Source: Malacoraja senta
Lineage: Eukaryota
Direction of reading: 5' to 3'
Length of the DNA stretch: 64,000 bases
NCBI GenBank assembly: GCA_038087875.1
Contig: CM075991.1
Location: 7,814,001 to 7,878,000, forward strand
Numbering within the stretch: the stretch's first letter is position 1; every line of letters starts with the position of its first letter. Below the pieces are notes generated by a model. That model was not told where the DNA came from. It saw only the letters and a list, made by a program, of their open reading frames with translations, and made no database searches. Positions 1 through 12,715 of the stretch are shown piece after piece. The position numbers and the translations under genes are program-made.

Positions 1-125
1 CGATATGAATGCATATTAGTTGGCAAGTGATGTTACAGAATGTGTAGAAGCTGGGAGGTCATGTTACAGTCATACAAGACATTGTCGACACCACGTTTAC
101 AGTATGTTGTTCAGTTTGGGTACCC

Positions 126-926
126 TGGAAGTGGCGGTGCTGGTGGAAGTGGCGGCGCTGTTAATCGGCTGCGGCTCGCCTGCAGTCCGTCTGTTTTTAC
201 TTTTTCTGTTGTTTTTTTTTGTCCTGTTTTGTTAAGTTTTAGTTTGTTGGGTTGTGTTAGGGGGGGGAGAAACATGTCCTCTGTCTCCTCCTTCAGGGGA
301 ATGCGACTTTTTCGTGTTGTATCCCCCTTCCCTGCCTCCGTCTGCGGTGAGGCCTAATGGCGGAGCTGGCCGCCTCCATCCTGCGACCGACCCCGAGGCT
401 ACGGAGGCAGAGCCAGCCAGGACTTACCAACGGGAGGCTGGCCGTCTTCGGGGCTGAGGCAGCGGTGGCCCGACTTGCTGGTGCGGCGTTCTGGCTTTCG
501 GTGGCGGCCTGGAGCTGATGCAGCGGGGTCCGGAGCGGAGACTGTGGGGCCTGGAGCTGGGGCGGTGGCCCGGAGCGGAGACTTCGGGACCCGGGGCTGA
601 TGCTGTGGCGGGCCGTCTCGGAGCGGAGACGGCGTTCCGGCTTTCGGCGGCGGCGACATCACCACGGAGGTCCGCTGGACTGGAGGGCGGCATCTTCGGC
701 CTGGATCGATCGCCTCAGCGCAGAGGGAGAACAAGGAGGGAAGAGACGGAGACTAAGACTTTGCCTCCATCACAGTGAGGGTGTGCTTGGTGAACTCACT
801 GTGGTGGATGTTTAATTTGTGTTTATTGTATGTTTTGTTATTATTGGTTCTGTGTATGACTGCAGGCATCACAATTTCGTTCAGACCGAAAGGTCTGAAT
901 GACAATAAAGGAAACTTGACTTGACT
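126..926 (+). mobile_element. GC-rich non-autonomous retroposon with Rex1/Babar-type 3' tail
   Basis: Starts with a duplicated TGGAAGTGGCGGYGCTG. Has GGAGCGGAGAC three times, a hairpin at 767-807, and ends TTTCGTTCAGACC-GAAA-GGTCTGAATGACAATAAA...(CTTGA)n like the Rex tails at 17441 and 31905. Confidence 0.55.
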
Positions 927-1460
927 GTTGTAGGAAAGATGTTTAGGAAGGAACTGCAGATGCTGGTGTACAGTGGAGTTAGACACAAAATGCTGGAGAA
1001 ACTCACCGGGACAGGCAGCATCTCTGGAGAAAAGAATGGGTGACATTTCGCGTCAAGCCACTTCACCCGTCTGAAGACTGGTCTCGACCCAAACCGTCAC
1101 CGATTCCTTTTCTCCAGAGATGCTGCCTGACCCGCTGAGTTACTCCAGCATTTTTGTGTCTATCGTAGGAAAGATGTGGTTAAGCTGGAAAGAGTGCAGA
1201 AAAGATTTACGAGGATGTTGCCAGGACTCGAGGGCATGAGCTGCAGAGAGAGGTTGAGCAGGCTAGGACTTTGTTCCTTGGAGTTCAGGATGTTGAGGGA
1301 TAATCTTATAGAGGTGTATAAGATCGTGGGTGGAATAGATAGGCCAAATGCACAGTCTTTTACCCATCGTGGTGGAATCAAGGACCCGGGGACATAGGTT
1401 TAAGGTTGTGGGGGGGGAGATTTAATAGAAACCTGAAAGGCAAGTTTTTTTACACGGCAA
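927..1460 (+). mobile_element. CR1 LINE ORF2 C-terminal fragment, interrupted by a PLE fold-back
   Basis: ORF 1176-1397 LERVQKRFTRMLPGL...LIEVYKI matches the CR1 C-terminus seen in ORF 52625. Confidence 0.85.
943..1164. mobile_element. PLE-derived fold-back element
   Basis: Inverted arms flanked by the direct repeat GTAGGAAAGATGT (930-942 / 1165-1177). Confidence 0.8.
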
Positions 1461-1614
1461 GTTTTTTTGAATGTTGTTTTGTGTTGTTATATTTTTCCTT
1501 GCATATTTATGTTTAATTCTCTTGGCCTGGCAAGTGTTGACAGAGTTGTTCAGACTGGGATGCTCTCCAAGTACCAAAGCCCTGAATGGCCAGGCAGTCT
1601 GTTATGAAAGTGTA

Positions 1615-1920
1615 GTTGATTAGTTTAGTGTTACAGCGCGGAAACAGGCCCTTCGGCCCACCGGGTCCGTGCCGACCAGCGATCCCCGCACATTAACACC
1701 ATCCTACACCCACCAGGGACAATTTTTTACCTTTACCAAGCCAACTAACCTACAAACCTGGAGTGTGGGCGGAAACCGAAGATCTCGGAGAAAACCCACG
1801 CAGGTCACGGGGCGAACGTACAAACTCCGTACAGACGGCACCCGTAGTGGGGATCGAACTCGGGTCTCCGGCGTTTCATTCGCTGTAAGGCAGCAACGCT
1901 ACCGCTGTGCCACAGTGACA
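1615..1920 (-). mobile_element. HE1 V-SINE
   Basis: tRNA-like head with A/B boxes, V-domain (GGAGTTTGTACGTTC...) and CR1-type tail. Confidence 0.9.
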
Positions 1921-1994
1921 ACCAAATGTTGGCCAGGATCCTGGGAGTGGAGTTGGGAACAGTTCCTCACGTCAGTGTATTAAGTTTAGACTTT

Positions 1995-2200
1995 TGACGT
2001 TAGAGACAGAGTGCGGAAACGGGGCCCTTCGGCCAACCACGTCCACGCCAACCAGCGGCACCCCGTACACTAGCCTACACAAGAGGGGCAATTTGCAATC
2101 TTTACAGTCAACCTACAAACCTGCGTGTCTTTGGAGTGCGGGAGGAAAGCGGAGCGCCCGGAGAAAACCAACGCAGATCACGGGGAGAAGGTACAAACTC
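1995..2200 (-). mobile_element. HE1 V-SINE, 5'-truncated
   Basis: V-domain and tail similarity to other copies. Confidence 0.75.
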
Positions 2201-2427
2201 AGTGTGGTCTACTATATTACAATCTTATACTTAGTATGATTGTCCCTGATGTATAGCAGGATTGTCACTGAAATGTATGCATAAACACATGCCACTGTGC
2301 TTAGGTACATGTGACAAAGTACTGTTGAACCATTGAAACGTTGGCCTGCAGGAGAATACTACCACAGTGACTGAAAGAATAACGATCGATTAAACACCTG
2401 AAATAATTCTATTTAATCGTGGCTCCC

Positions 2428-2620
2428 TGTACAATTTTACAGAAGCCAATTGACCTACATACCTGCACGTCCTCGTAGGGCGGGAGGAAAGCGGAGCTCC
2501 CGGAGTAAACCCACACAGGTCACGGGGAGAACATACAAACTCCGTACAGGCAGAACCCGAGGTCAGGATCGAACCCGGGTCACTGGCACTGTCAGGCAGC
2601 AGCTCTGCCACCGTGCCAGC
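2428..2620 (-). mobile_element. HE1 V-SINE, head plus V-domain
   Basis: B-box GGTTCGATCC and V-domain. Confidence 0.8.
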
Positions 2621-3319
2621 CTATGCCCTGCACCACGTTCTATGCTATGATTTCTCTGCGCCAACCCTTTCCGTGTGAGTCTGCTGGCACTGTTCTCTCG
2701 TACAGACTCTTCTTCGGTGTCTGGGTGCCAGGGATGTGGAACAGTTAGTTCCTTCCTCCACCTCCCCTCCTGCCCTGCGACATTTTCACATCTTTGTAAA
2801 TCTGCAGCGTTTAAACCCGCCTGAGTTCTGCAGATGTCTATCATGCTATTTATTTTTAGCAGTTCCTACTTAATATTTCTGACACTTTTTCCCCTCCTCG
2901 CCTGGTTTACCACAGCTATTCTGATCTTCCTGTGCATGTTGCGTGATCAGAATGTTTAAACAGCAACACACGCACACTTTCTAATCCACGAGTCTGCTGC
3001 ACCATTAACCCCCTATCTCTTTACGTCTGGTCCAACCACCCCCCCAATCCTCTCCATTCAAAGGCCTTCATCTCAGTACTTGGGTCCAGAATTGTAAAAT
3101 CACGTCAAAGGTTTCATCCCAAATGGCGGCCAGTGCTAGTCTTCCTCCTCAATGCATTCATCCTAGTTTCCTGACTACTTTTACAAGACACAAGTGGAAA
3201 CAAAAGGTTGCAATGCCCACAGTTCACAATTCATTTAATTGCCACTGCAACAGCATGCCTTGTATTTGGATGGCATTGAAAGTGCACTGCTGAATAATAG
3301 TTTCCAAGGGCCCTTTCTG

Positions 3320-4173
3320 TCTTTGCCTCTCTCACTCCCTGCCACTCTCTCTCTGCCTCTCTCATTCTCTCTCCTTTTGCCTCTGCCCCTCTCTCTGCCC
3401 CTCTCTCTGCCCCTCTCTCTCTCTCTTTGCCTCTCTCTCTCTCTCTCTCTCTTTGCCTCTCTCTCTCTCTCTCTCTCTCTCTGCCTCTCTCTGCCTCTCT
3501 CTGCCTCTCTCTGCCTCTCTGCCTCTCTCTCTCTCTGCCTCTCTCTCTCTGCCTCTCTCTCTCTCTGCCGCTCTGCCTCTCTGCCTCTCTCTCTCTGCCT
3601 CTCTCTCTCTGCCTCCCTCTCTCTGCCCCTCTCTCTGCCCCTCTCTCTCTCTCTACCCCTCTCTCTCTCTCTGCCCCCTCTCTCTCTCTCTGCCTTCTCT
3701 CTCTCTCTCTGCCTCTCTCTCTCTCTCTGCCTCTCTCTCTCTGCCTCTCTCTCTCTGCCTCTCTCTCTCTGCCTCTCTCTCTCTGCCTCTCTCTCTCTGC
3801 CTCTCTCTCTCTGCCTCTCTCTCTCTGCCTCTCTCTCTCTCTGCCTCTCTCTCTCTCTCTGCCTCTCTCTCTCTCTGCCTCTCTCTCTCTCTCTGCCTCT
3901 CTCTCTCTCTCTGCCTCTCTCTCTCTCTCTGCCCCTCTCTCTCTCTCTGCCTCTCTCTCTCTCTCTGCCTCTCTCTCTCTCCCTCTGCCTCTCTCTCTCT
4001 CTCTGCCTCTCTCTCTCTCTGCCCCTCTCTCTCTCTCTGCCTCTCTCTCTCTCTGCCCCTCTCTCTCTGCCTCTCTCTCTCTGCCTCTCTCTCTCTGCCT
4101 CTCTCTCTCTGCCTCTCTCTCTCTCTCTGCCTCTCTCTCTCTCTCTGCCCCCTCTCTCTCTCCACCCCTCTCT
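3320..4173. repeat. (CT)n microsatellite with periodic CTGC interruptions
   Basis: Read directly from the sequence. Confidence 0.97.
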
Positions 4174-4574
4174 CGGCAACGGAGGCCATTCCCCATAAAG
4201 TACTTTAAGTTGGGAACTGAAGATGCTAAAACATGTACAGTATAGGGAAGACAACCAGGATAAGACGGCAACATAATAGTATTTGACTATCTATTATCTG
4301 GTGGGGGATATGTGAATACTGATGAGATCATATAGCATGTACTAACATTGATATAGTTCAATTTCAGCATCAATTGATTCCATTTTATTAAATGCTAATT
4401 TTTTTTCTGTAAGATGATCATGGGAAAAAAATGAAACCTACAATTTAATGCCTGGTCATAATTTGCAATATTTTAAGTATGCCTCATATTATTTGACCTT
4501 GCCCTGCTCTGCACAAACATACTAAGTAAGATCAGATTCTCAGCTGCAGCAAAGGGTTAGAAAATAACAGTGGA

Positions 4575-5330
4575 TAGACACACAATGCTGGAGTAACTCA
4601 GCTGGTCTGATGTCCCTTTTCCCTGACTCAGTCTGAAGAAGGGTCTCGACCCAAACATCACCTATTCCATTTTTCACTGGTAGAAAATGACAGTGTTGAT
4701 TATAGGCGGAAATGTCACTTAAGATTCAAGGCTTATTGTGAAAAGAAATTCTTGGGAGAATAATATTTCCCTGTAGAGCCAAGACAGACATAAAGGTCTC
4801 CCAAATGTTGGAGTAACTCAGGGGGACCGGCAGCATCTCGGGATTGAAGGAGTGGGTGACATTTCGGGTCGAGACCCCTCTTCAGACTGAGCATCAGGGG
4901 AGAGGGAGTTACAGAGATAAGGAAGTGTGAGAATCAAAAGAAATGAAGAACAAGGAAATGTAGAATAGACCATTGTAAGCTCGAAGTAGCAACAAAGCAA
5001 ACAGATGCAATGTATTGGGGGGGGGGGGATAGTCAGACTGGTTGAAGAACCGGGAAAGGGGAGGGAAAGCATGGGTTACTTAAAGTTAGAGAAGGCAGCA
5101 TTCATGCAAGCTGCCCAAGCGAAATATGAGGTGCTGTTCCTCCAATTTGCTCTGGGCCTCACTCTGTCAATGGAGGAGGCCCAGGACACAAAGGTTAGTG
5201 TGGGAATGGGAGGGGGAGTTAAAGTGTTCAGCAACCAGGAGATTAGGTAGGTTTAGGCGGACTGGGCGGAGGTGTCCGGCCAAACGATTGCTGAGTCTGC
5301 GCTTGGTTTCGCCATTATACAGGAGCCTGT
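4575..5330 (-). pseudogene. Penelope-like element 3' remnant: GIY-YIG endonuclease fragment plus terminal repeat
   Basis: ORF 5167-5355 LYNGETKRRLSNRLAGHL...VAEHFNSPSHS resembles the PLE YIGET..R..EH..HF signature. It is followed on the minus strand by the same repeat that forms the fold-backs. Confidence 0.8.
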
Positions 5331-5430
5331 TGAATTGGGGACTCGTTACTCTCAATATGTGGCACTAGATCTTGTTTTGTTCGGCCTTAATTGGCTGTAT
5401 GCCCCTGGGTGGATGAGTTGGGTGTCACTG

Positions 5431-5654
5431 TGTAGGAAGGAAATGCAGATGCTGGTTTAAATCGAAGATAGACACAAAAATCTGGAGTAACTCAGCGGGG
5501 CAGGCAGCATCTCTGGAGAAAAAGGATGGCTAACGTTTTGGTTCAAGACCTTCTTCAGACTGACGAAAGGTCTCGGTCTGAAACGTCACCCATTCCATAT
5601 CTCTAGAGATGCTGCCTGTCCCGCTGAGTTACTCCAGCATTTTGCGTCTATCTT
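5431..5654. mobile_element. PLE-derived fold-back element
   Basis: Inverted arms; flanking direct repeat AGTTGGKTGTCACTG (5416-5430 / 5655-5669). Confidence 0.85.
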
Positions 5655-5803
5655 AGTTGGTTGTCACTGCCTGGTTGCCTGATGTAAAAACAGTAGGTTT
5701 GGGGGGGGGGGGGAAAGGAAAAAAAAGTCAATTAATGATGCATGTTTGCTCTCTAGCTCAAAAGCCAGTCCAACAGATTTTTGACTTGATTTTTTAAGTT
5801 GTG

Positions 5804-6003
5804 NNNNNNNNNNNNNNNNNNNNNNNNNNNNNNNNNNNNNNNNNNNNNNNNNNNNNNNNNNNNNNNNNNNNNNNNNNNNNNNNNNNNNNNNNNNNNNNNN
5901 NNNNNNNNNNNNNNNNNNNNNNNNNNNNNNNNNNNNNNNNNNNNNNNNNNNNNNNNNNNNNNNNNNNNNNNNNNNNNNNNNNNNNNNNNNNNNNNNNNNN
6001 NNN
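5804..6003. other. Assembly gap (200 N)
   Basis: Run of N. Confidence 1.
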
Positions 6004-6521
6004 CCAATGCTCCTGTCTTTTCCTCACCTCCAGCGCTTCTTTGAATTGGGAAATCAGTAATTGTGCATGGAAAAGCATCCTGTCATGTTGATTGATGGGA
6101 ATACTAAAGTCGAGAATCTTGTTAAGAGTGCTTATTGTTGAAAACCCTTGGCTCTGCTGAAACTTTATTATCGAAGCAATGAGGAGTTTATCTCTTAGTG
6201 CCAGTAGTGGAAGTGACACGGAGCAACTGATCTTATTTCATTATATTTCATGTCATGGGTGGGCATTAAATTCAATCTTCAGATTGATGAAGCCTTTATC
6301 GGAGTATATATCAGGCTGCTAAAGTTAGGGTGAGAACTGCATCAGTATTCTCATCTGGTAAACTGCACGATAGACTTGCAAATAATGTTATGCTGCATCT
6401 TTATCTTGTGCTTCGCTGTTTGTATTTTAAATCGGCACTTGTGTCGGGATTTGGATACAAATCAGCAAAGTCGTTTTAGAATCAAAATATAGCAAGCTTC
6501 AGGGCGCAGCGGTAGAGTTTG

Positions 6522-6762
6522 GTCAGAGTGTGGTGGATCTGTGGAATTCTTTGCCCTAGAAGGCTGTGGAAGCCATGTCAATGCAGTGGAATATTTTTAA
6601 GGTATAGATAGATAGATAGATTCTTGATTAATAAGGGTGTCAGAGGTTATGGGGAGAAGGCAGGAGAATGGGGTTATGAGGGAGAGTTATCTAGATCGGC
6701 CATGATTGAATGGCGGAGTAGACTTGATGGGCCAAATGGCCTAATTCTACTCCTATTCCTTA
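6522..6762 (+). mobile_element. CR1 3' end
   Basis: CAGAG..TGGTGGATCTGTGGAATTC through GGCCAAATGGCCTAATTCT tail. Confidence 0.8.
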
Positions 6763-6913
6763 TCAGGCAGCATCCCTTGAGAACATAGGCAATGTTTCGG
6801 ATCTGGAGGAGTGGGCCTGACCTGAAATGCCACCCATCCATTTTCTCCAGAGATGCTGCCTGACCCGCTGAGTTACTCCAGCACTTTGTGTCTATCCAAG
6901 TTGTCATTGTCTA

Positions 6914-6981
6914 CGTGTGTGTGTGTGTGTGTGTGTATATATGTGTGTATATGTGTGTGTGTATATGTGTGTGTGTATATA

Positions 6982-7020
<39 letters not shown>

Positions 7021-7167
7021 GTGTGTGTGTGTATATATATATGTGTGTGTATGTGTATATATGTGTGTGTGTGTGTATATGTGTGTGTATATGTGTGTGT
7101 GTGTATATATGTGTGTGTGTATATATGTGTGTGTATATATATGTGTATATATATATGTGTATATATG

Positions 7168-7239
<72 letters not shown>

Positions 7240-7455
7240 GTGTGTGTGTATATATATATGTGTGTGTGTATATATATATGTGTGTGTGTGTATATATATA
7301 TGTGCGTGTGTATATATATATATGTGCGTGTGTATATATATATATATATGCGTGTGTATATATATATATATGCGTGTGTATATATATATATATGCGTGTG
7401 TATATATATATATGCGTATATATATATATATGCGTGTGTATATATATATATATGC

Positions 7456-7487
<32 letters not shown>

Positions 7488-7710
7488 GCGTGTATATATA
7501 TATATATATATATGCGTGTGTATATATATATATATATGCGTGTGTATATATATATATATATGCGTGTGTATATATATATATATGCATATATATATGCATA
7601 TATATATGCATATATATATGCATATATGTGTGTGTACTTGTGTATATACACATCCAGTGTACATATATATGTGTGGGTATGTATATATTTATGTGTATAT
7701 ATGTATGTGT
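6914..7710. repeat. Compound (GT)n/(TA)n microsatellite
   Basis: Read directly from the sequence. Confidence 0.97.
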
Positions 7711-8016
7711 AACCAGGTACGGAATTCTTCATTGCATGTTGCAGCTGCAGTATCTTTCTATACTACGTGATGGATTATTGAATAAAACGTGACTAATCGC
7801 TTTGTACACACACTGCATGGTTCCACGTGTTTGACTAGAGTTATCTAGGTGTAGGACAACACTGTACATTTGTAGTGGCGTCAACAATTATTTAGAGCAC
7901 ATTTTGAAGTTGAATGTCAAATTATTTCATGAATTCCAGCCTGTCAGCAGCTCAGTAGCCGGCCTTAATGACAAAGTCGAAGTCTGCTTCCAAAGTTAGT
8001 TGAAGGGAACGCGTTT

Positions 8017-8295
8017 GGGCGGCACAGTGGTGCAGCGGTAGAGCTGCCGCCTTGCAGTGCCAGGGACCCGAGTTCGATCGTGACTACGGGTGCTGTCTGT
8101 ATGGAGTTTGCACGCTCTCTGACCGCGTGAGTTTTCTCTGGGTTTTCTCCTCCCACACTCCAAAGATGTGGCTTTGGTAAAATTGTAAATTGTCCCTCGT
8201 GTTTATGATAGTACTAGTGTACGGGGTGATTGCTGGTCGGCATGGACTCAGTGGTCAGAAGGGCCAGTTTCTGCACTGTATCTCTAAAATCTAAA
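8017..8295 (+). mobile_element. HE1 V-SINE
   Basis: Head, V-domain and tail present. Confidence 0.88.
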
Positions 8296-8421
8296 AGGAA
8301 CCAACCGTCCCTTGGATGATAAATAACTTTACATCTCTCCCTCCTAGCCCCATTCTCCTGCCTTCTCCGCACAACCCCTGACACCCAAACTCATCAAGAC
8401 AACATTTCCTCCCAAACTTCA

Positions 8422-8594
8422 TGTGTAGAAAGGAACAGTACATGCTGGTTTATACCAAAGGTAGACACAAAGTGCTAGAATAACTCAGTGGGTCAGGCAG
8501 CTTCTCTGGAGGAAAGAGCGATGGTGACCCGAAGGTTCACCATCGTTCTTTCCACCAAAGAAGCTGCCTGACCCACTGAGTTACTCCAGCACTA
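8422..8594. mobile_element. PLE-derived fold-back, diverged
   Basis: Inverted TAACTCAGTGGGTCAGGCAGC arms. Confidence 0.7.
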
Positions 8595-9275
8595 TCATCT
8601 CAATCTTCCCCCACTGTCTCCTAAATCCACATTGTGTGAAGAAAATGCCCTTGAACCTTTTATTAAGATAATAGAAATTTTCTGACCTCTTTTGCTGAAA
8701 GTTGTTTGCAGCAGGTAAAACTTTGCGAAGTATTTGCTTCCATCCTTGACAATTTTCTCAGATCCATAATAGAACATAGCACGGCACAGCACAGGAGACA
8801 GGCCTTTCGGCCCACACTGTCTGTGCTGATTACAATGCCAAATGACATCGCAATGAACCTAGCTGATCAATCGGTGGTTTTAGTCAAGCTGTCAGTCAAT
8901 TGGAATTTGTTACTTTAACTTTGCGAAAACAATGATCCCAACCTTTATTGTATGCCATTCACCCAGCTGAACGTGTAGAGCTGCTAGGAATGGGAATGCA
9001 TAAACCTTTTCATCACAGGTCATGTAAGGTGGAAGAATGTGCCTATAGCTTTGCTCCTGATGTCAAAGGGACATGAAAGCCAATTATCTCACCAGTCACA
9101 TTCATGTTTAATGAAGGCAAGCATCTTGAAATTAAGGGTAAATTATGCAGTTTCCTTGTGGTTGTGTATTGGCTCATTCAGTACTTCCAATCTGAAAATA
9201 TGACCAATTTTCATCGATCTGAGAGCCATCATTTTGATCCAGAAATCCCTGACGTCCATCAGTTTGAATTCTTCA

Positions 9276-9500
9276 TAGGAAGGAACTGCAGGTGCTGGTT
9301 TAAACCGAAGATAGGCACAACATGCCGGAGTAACTCAGCAGGACAGGCAGTATCTCTGGAGAGAAGGAATGGGTGATGTTTTGGGTCGAGACCCTTCTGA
9401 TCAATCTGAAGAACGGTCTCGACCCGAAACATCACCTATTCCTTTTCTCCAGAGATGCTGCCTGTCCCGCTGAGTTAATCCAGCTATTTGTGTCTATCTT
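9276..9500. mobile_element. PLE-derived fold-back
   Basis: Inverted arms meeting at the CTGAAGA...CGAAAC motif. Confidence 0.8.
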
Positions 9501-9881
9501 TTGTGCAAATGTAAATGCTTTTGAAGCATTCAAATCTTGTGTCAGCGTTTGTACATCAGACAGGTAATAAACGATTCCTTTGTGTAACTCCATGAAATTG
9601 TTTTTACAGAACCTTCAATTCCTTTTGTGTATTCACAGCCATTTGTTAACAATGGTGCAAACTGGAAATTCACCACTTCTAGACTTATATTTTGAGATTT
9701 TAGCTAAACTCCATATGTACTCCCACAACATAGATACTGTTTCTTCAGAGGTGATGGAGATTAGTTGTCCATGTCTGTGTGAATACAGGTTAAAAATTAA
9801 ACAAAAGTGTCTGAGTTAACAGTTTGTGTCGCAGTTATGTTGCAAAGTTTATTTTGGTTATTTTACCTTCGTCTTCAACTA

Positions 9882-10465
9882 GGGTAACGGTGGAGCAGCG
9901 GTAGAGTTGCTGCCTTAAGGGTCTGTCCCACTGTTACGAGGTAATTCAAGAGTTCTCCCGAGTTCTCCCCTGAATCGAGCTCGTGTAATGTACGTAGCGG
10001 GTACGTAGGAGCTCGTGGATGTCTCGTAGCGGCTCGTACGAGTAACGGTAGGTACTCGGGAAATCCGGTAAACTCGTGACGTTTTTTCAACACTGTGAAA
10101 AATGTCCACGAGTGAAAAAAATACTCGTGATGGAAAATATTGTAACTTTTTACTCGTACGAGCCCCTACGTACCCGCTACGTACATTACACGAGCTTGAA
10201 TCGGGGGAGAACCCGGGAGAACTCTTGAATTACCTCGTACAGTGGGACAGGCCCTTTGCAGTGCCGGAGACCTGGGATCAATCCTGACAACTGGTGCTGT
10301 CTGTACAGAGTTTGTACGTTCTCCCTATGACCACATTGGTTTTCTCTGGGAGCTCCAGTTTCCTCCTGCACTCCAAAGACGTACAGGTTTGGAGGTTAAT
10401 TGGCTTTGTATAATTGTAAATTGTCCCTAGTGTGGGTAGGGTAGTGTTGGTGTGCGGGGATTGCT
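9882..10465 (+). mobile_element. HE1 V-SINE split by a MITE
   Basis: Head reads ...GTTGCTGCCTTA, then the MITE, then TTGCAGTGCCGGAGAC and the V-domain. Confidence 0.88.
9918..10255. mobile_element. PIF/Harbinger-type MITE (type A)
   Basis: Imperfect terminal inverted repeats (TIRs) of about 95 bp, AGGGTCTGTCCCAC / GTGGGACAGGCCCT; flanks TTA/TTG. Confidence 0.85.
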
Positions 10466-10722
10466 ACCCACACCGTTTTTGATTATTCTGAAGAAGATTC
10501 TGTTAAGTGCTGTGTGATGTCATATCATTGGTGCTACATAAATGCGTTGTTTTGCTGTTGCTTTGGTCTCCTGTTGCATTTTTGTTCCTTATGCTAAATG
10601 AATTATGGATTGTACGAATCATGTCTGCTAAACCCCTCAATTCAATTTTCTTGAAAGCAATTTACCATGTGCATTTATCTTGCCTGGTTAGCGCACAAAC
10701 CAAATTTCTCTCTACGCCCGTT

Positions 10723-11023
10723 TGGGTGGCACAACTGGTAGAGCCTCAAAGCGTCAGGTTGAGACCCAGGTTCGATCCTGACCTCGGGTGCTGTCTGAGT
10801 GGAGTTTGCACGTTCTCCCTGTGACCGCGTGGGTTTCCTCCGGGTGCTCCGGTTTCCGCCCACATCCCAAAGACGTGCGGGATAGCAGGTTAATTGGCTT
10901 CTGTAAATTGCCCCTAGTGTGTAGGAATGGATGCAAAAATTGTGGAAAAATCAGAACTAGTGTGAATGGCAATCGATGGTCATCATGAACTCGGGGTAAA
11001 GGGTTTGTTTCTCTGCTATATCT
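10723..11023 (+). mobile_element. HE1 V-SINE
   Basis: Head, V-domain and tail present. Confidence 0.85.
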
Positions 11024-11114
11024 CTAAACTAAATGGTTTGGAGGTCTTTATCCAATTGCTCCACGCATTACAGGATATGTGTTGCATCTTAATCCTCCTT
11101 TGGTTACCATTCTT

Positions 11115-11428
11115 GGTTTAGTTTAGAGATACAGCGCGGAAACATGCCCTTCGGCCCTTCGGCCTACCAAGTCCGCGCCGATCAGCAACCCCCTCACGCT
11201 AACATTACGCCACATACAATAGGGGCAACTTACAATTATACCAAGCCAATTAACTGACAAACCTGTAGATCTTTGGAGTGTGGGTGGAAGCAGGAGATCC
11301 TGGAGAAAACCCAGACAGGTCATGGGGAGAACGTACAAACTCCGTACAGACAAGCACCCGTAGTCGGGATCAAACCTGGATCTCTGGTGCTGTAAGGCAG
11401 GAACTCTACTGCTGCGCCACCATGCCAC
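11115..11428 (-). mobile_element. HE1 V-SINE
   Basis: Full head-to-tail similarity to other copies. Confidence 0.9.
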
Positions 11429-12319
11429 TTGTTAAGCATAGCGAAAAATTCTAGGCACTCATCTGAACATGGTTGAAGTTCTTAACTTGCTTTTAAACTC
11501 ACTTTGTGCAGTTTAATTTTCCCATGGTCATTTTGGATTTCAACTCTAACTTTACTATGAGAGTCCTCTCTGCATTTGACCACATTGAGAAAATGCTTTG
11601 TCATTGCGACGCCAAGCCTGAATAGCATAAGCAAGTAGAGCAGGCAGCTGACAAACTTGCTTTCCATAGAATCTGTGAAGTAGCTATGGTCTAATACGGT
11701 GAAGTTATTTCTTAAGGGGAATATTTCTAATTTATATTGAAAAGATAATGGGTAAAATCCAATTTTAACACGTGTAAACTTCTTCCCATTGGCATTTTAC
11801 AGTTCTGCTTTGAAAATGTGTGTATATTTTAATGTGAGCTAGCAGGAATGGTAGAAAGTAAATTGTGTTTTCTAATTGCATTCAGTTCCGGAGTGAAAGT
11901 TGTTAATTAAGTTGCAGTGAAAATGCAAAATGAACATGAACAAGGAGATTGCTTCCATCTTATTACATTAATATAGAAACATTGATGAAGCATTGAAGTA
12001 AGTAACTTAATTCTGGTAACAATCTAGTTAGGGAAAATTGAACTGGTTTGCAACTCCCTATCTTTTAGCAAAAGAATACTGAGTGGTCACCTGAAAATGC
12101 ACCTGCAGTTTTTTTGAGCCCATCAGCTGCTTCAGTCAGACTCTGCACCTGGGTCATTTCAGTTTGCTCTGAAACCTTAAACATTGTTCGCTGATTATGA
12201 AAATGTCCCCCATCATCCCACTCCTTCCCCACCTCTTGTCCAACTCCCCATGAAGAATAAACCCAACTTGCTTTCCATTGAATAAACCCAACTCCCATGA
12301 ATTTGACACCCTAGGTAAG

Positions 12320-12545
12320 CTGCACAGTGGCCCAGCGGTAGAGTTGCTGCCTTGCAGCGCCTGAGTTTCTACAGTCTCCTCCCACACTCCAAAGACGTAC
12401 AGGTTTGTAGGTTAATTGGCTTTGGTAAAATTGTGAATTATCCCTAGTGTGCAGGATAATGCTGGTGTACGGGGTGATCGCTGGCCAGCGCAGACTCGAT
12501 GGGCCGAAGGGCCTGTTTCTGCCCTGTATCTCTAAAGTCTAAAGT
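12320..12545 (+). mobile_element. HE1 V-SINE with internal deletion
   Basis: Head joined directly to the distal V-domain and tail. Confidence 0.8.
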
Positions 12546-12715
12546 GTCCATGTTGCTTTGATTCGGGTAGACTGCCCAGCTTGAAGATCTTGGTGCATAC
12601 AAGGCAGCACAAGACCCAGAATAGCACTTCCTTTCCGAACAATTCCAATGCCAGACCTCAAAAAAAGAAAGTGCAAGAAAGATAATGCAAGAAATAGCAT
12701 CAGCAGAGGAAAAGA

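Noticed and set aside
350..730. CpG island or host promoter with several GC-rich ORFs
   Set aside because: Lies inside a retroposon ending in a LINE-type tail, and the ORFs have no recognisable domain.
943..1164. Fold-backs as DNA-transposon MITEs
   Set aside because: Arms are unequal, TSDs vary from 12 to 15 bp, and the sequence belongs to the PLE terminal repeat.
3231..4274. Long ER-rich and SL-rich ORFs
   Set aside because: Translations of a (CT)n microsatellite that lacks stop codons.
5753..6219. ORFs with X runs
   Set aside because: Artefact of the 200-N gap.
6853..7792. CV/YI/HT-repeat ORFs (also 23234-23506 and 43202-45087)
   Set aside because: Dinucleotide microsatellites open in most frames; not coding.
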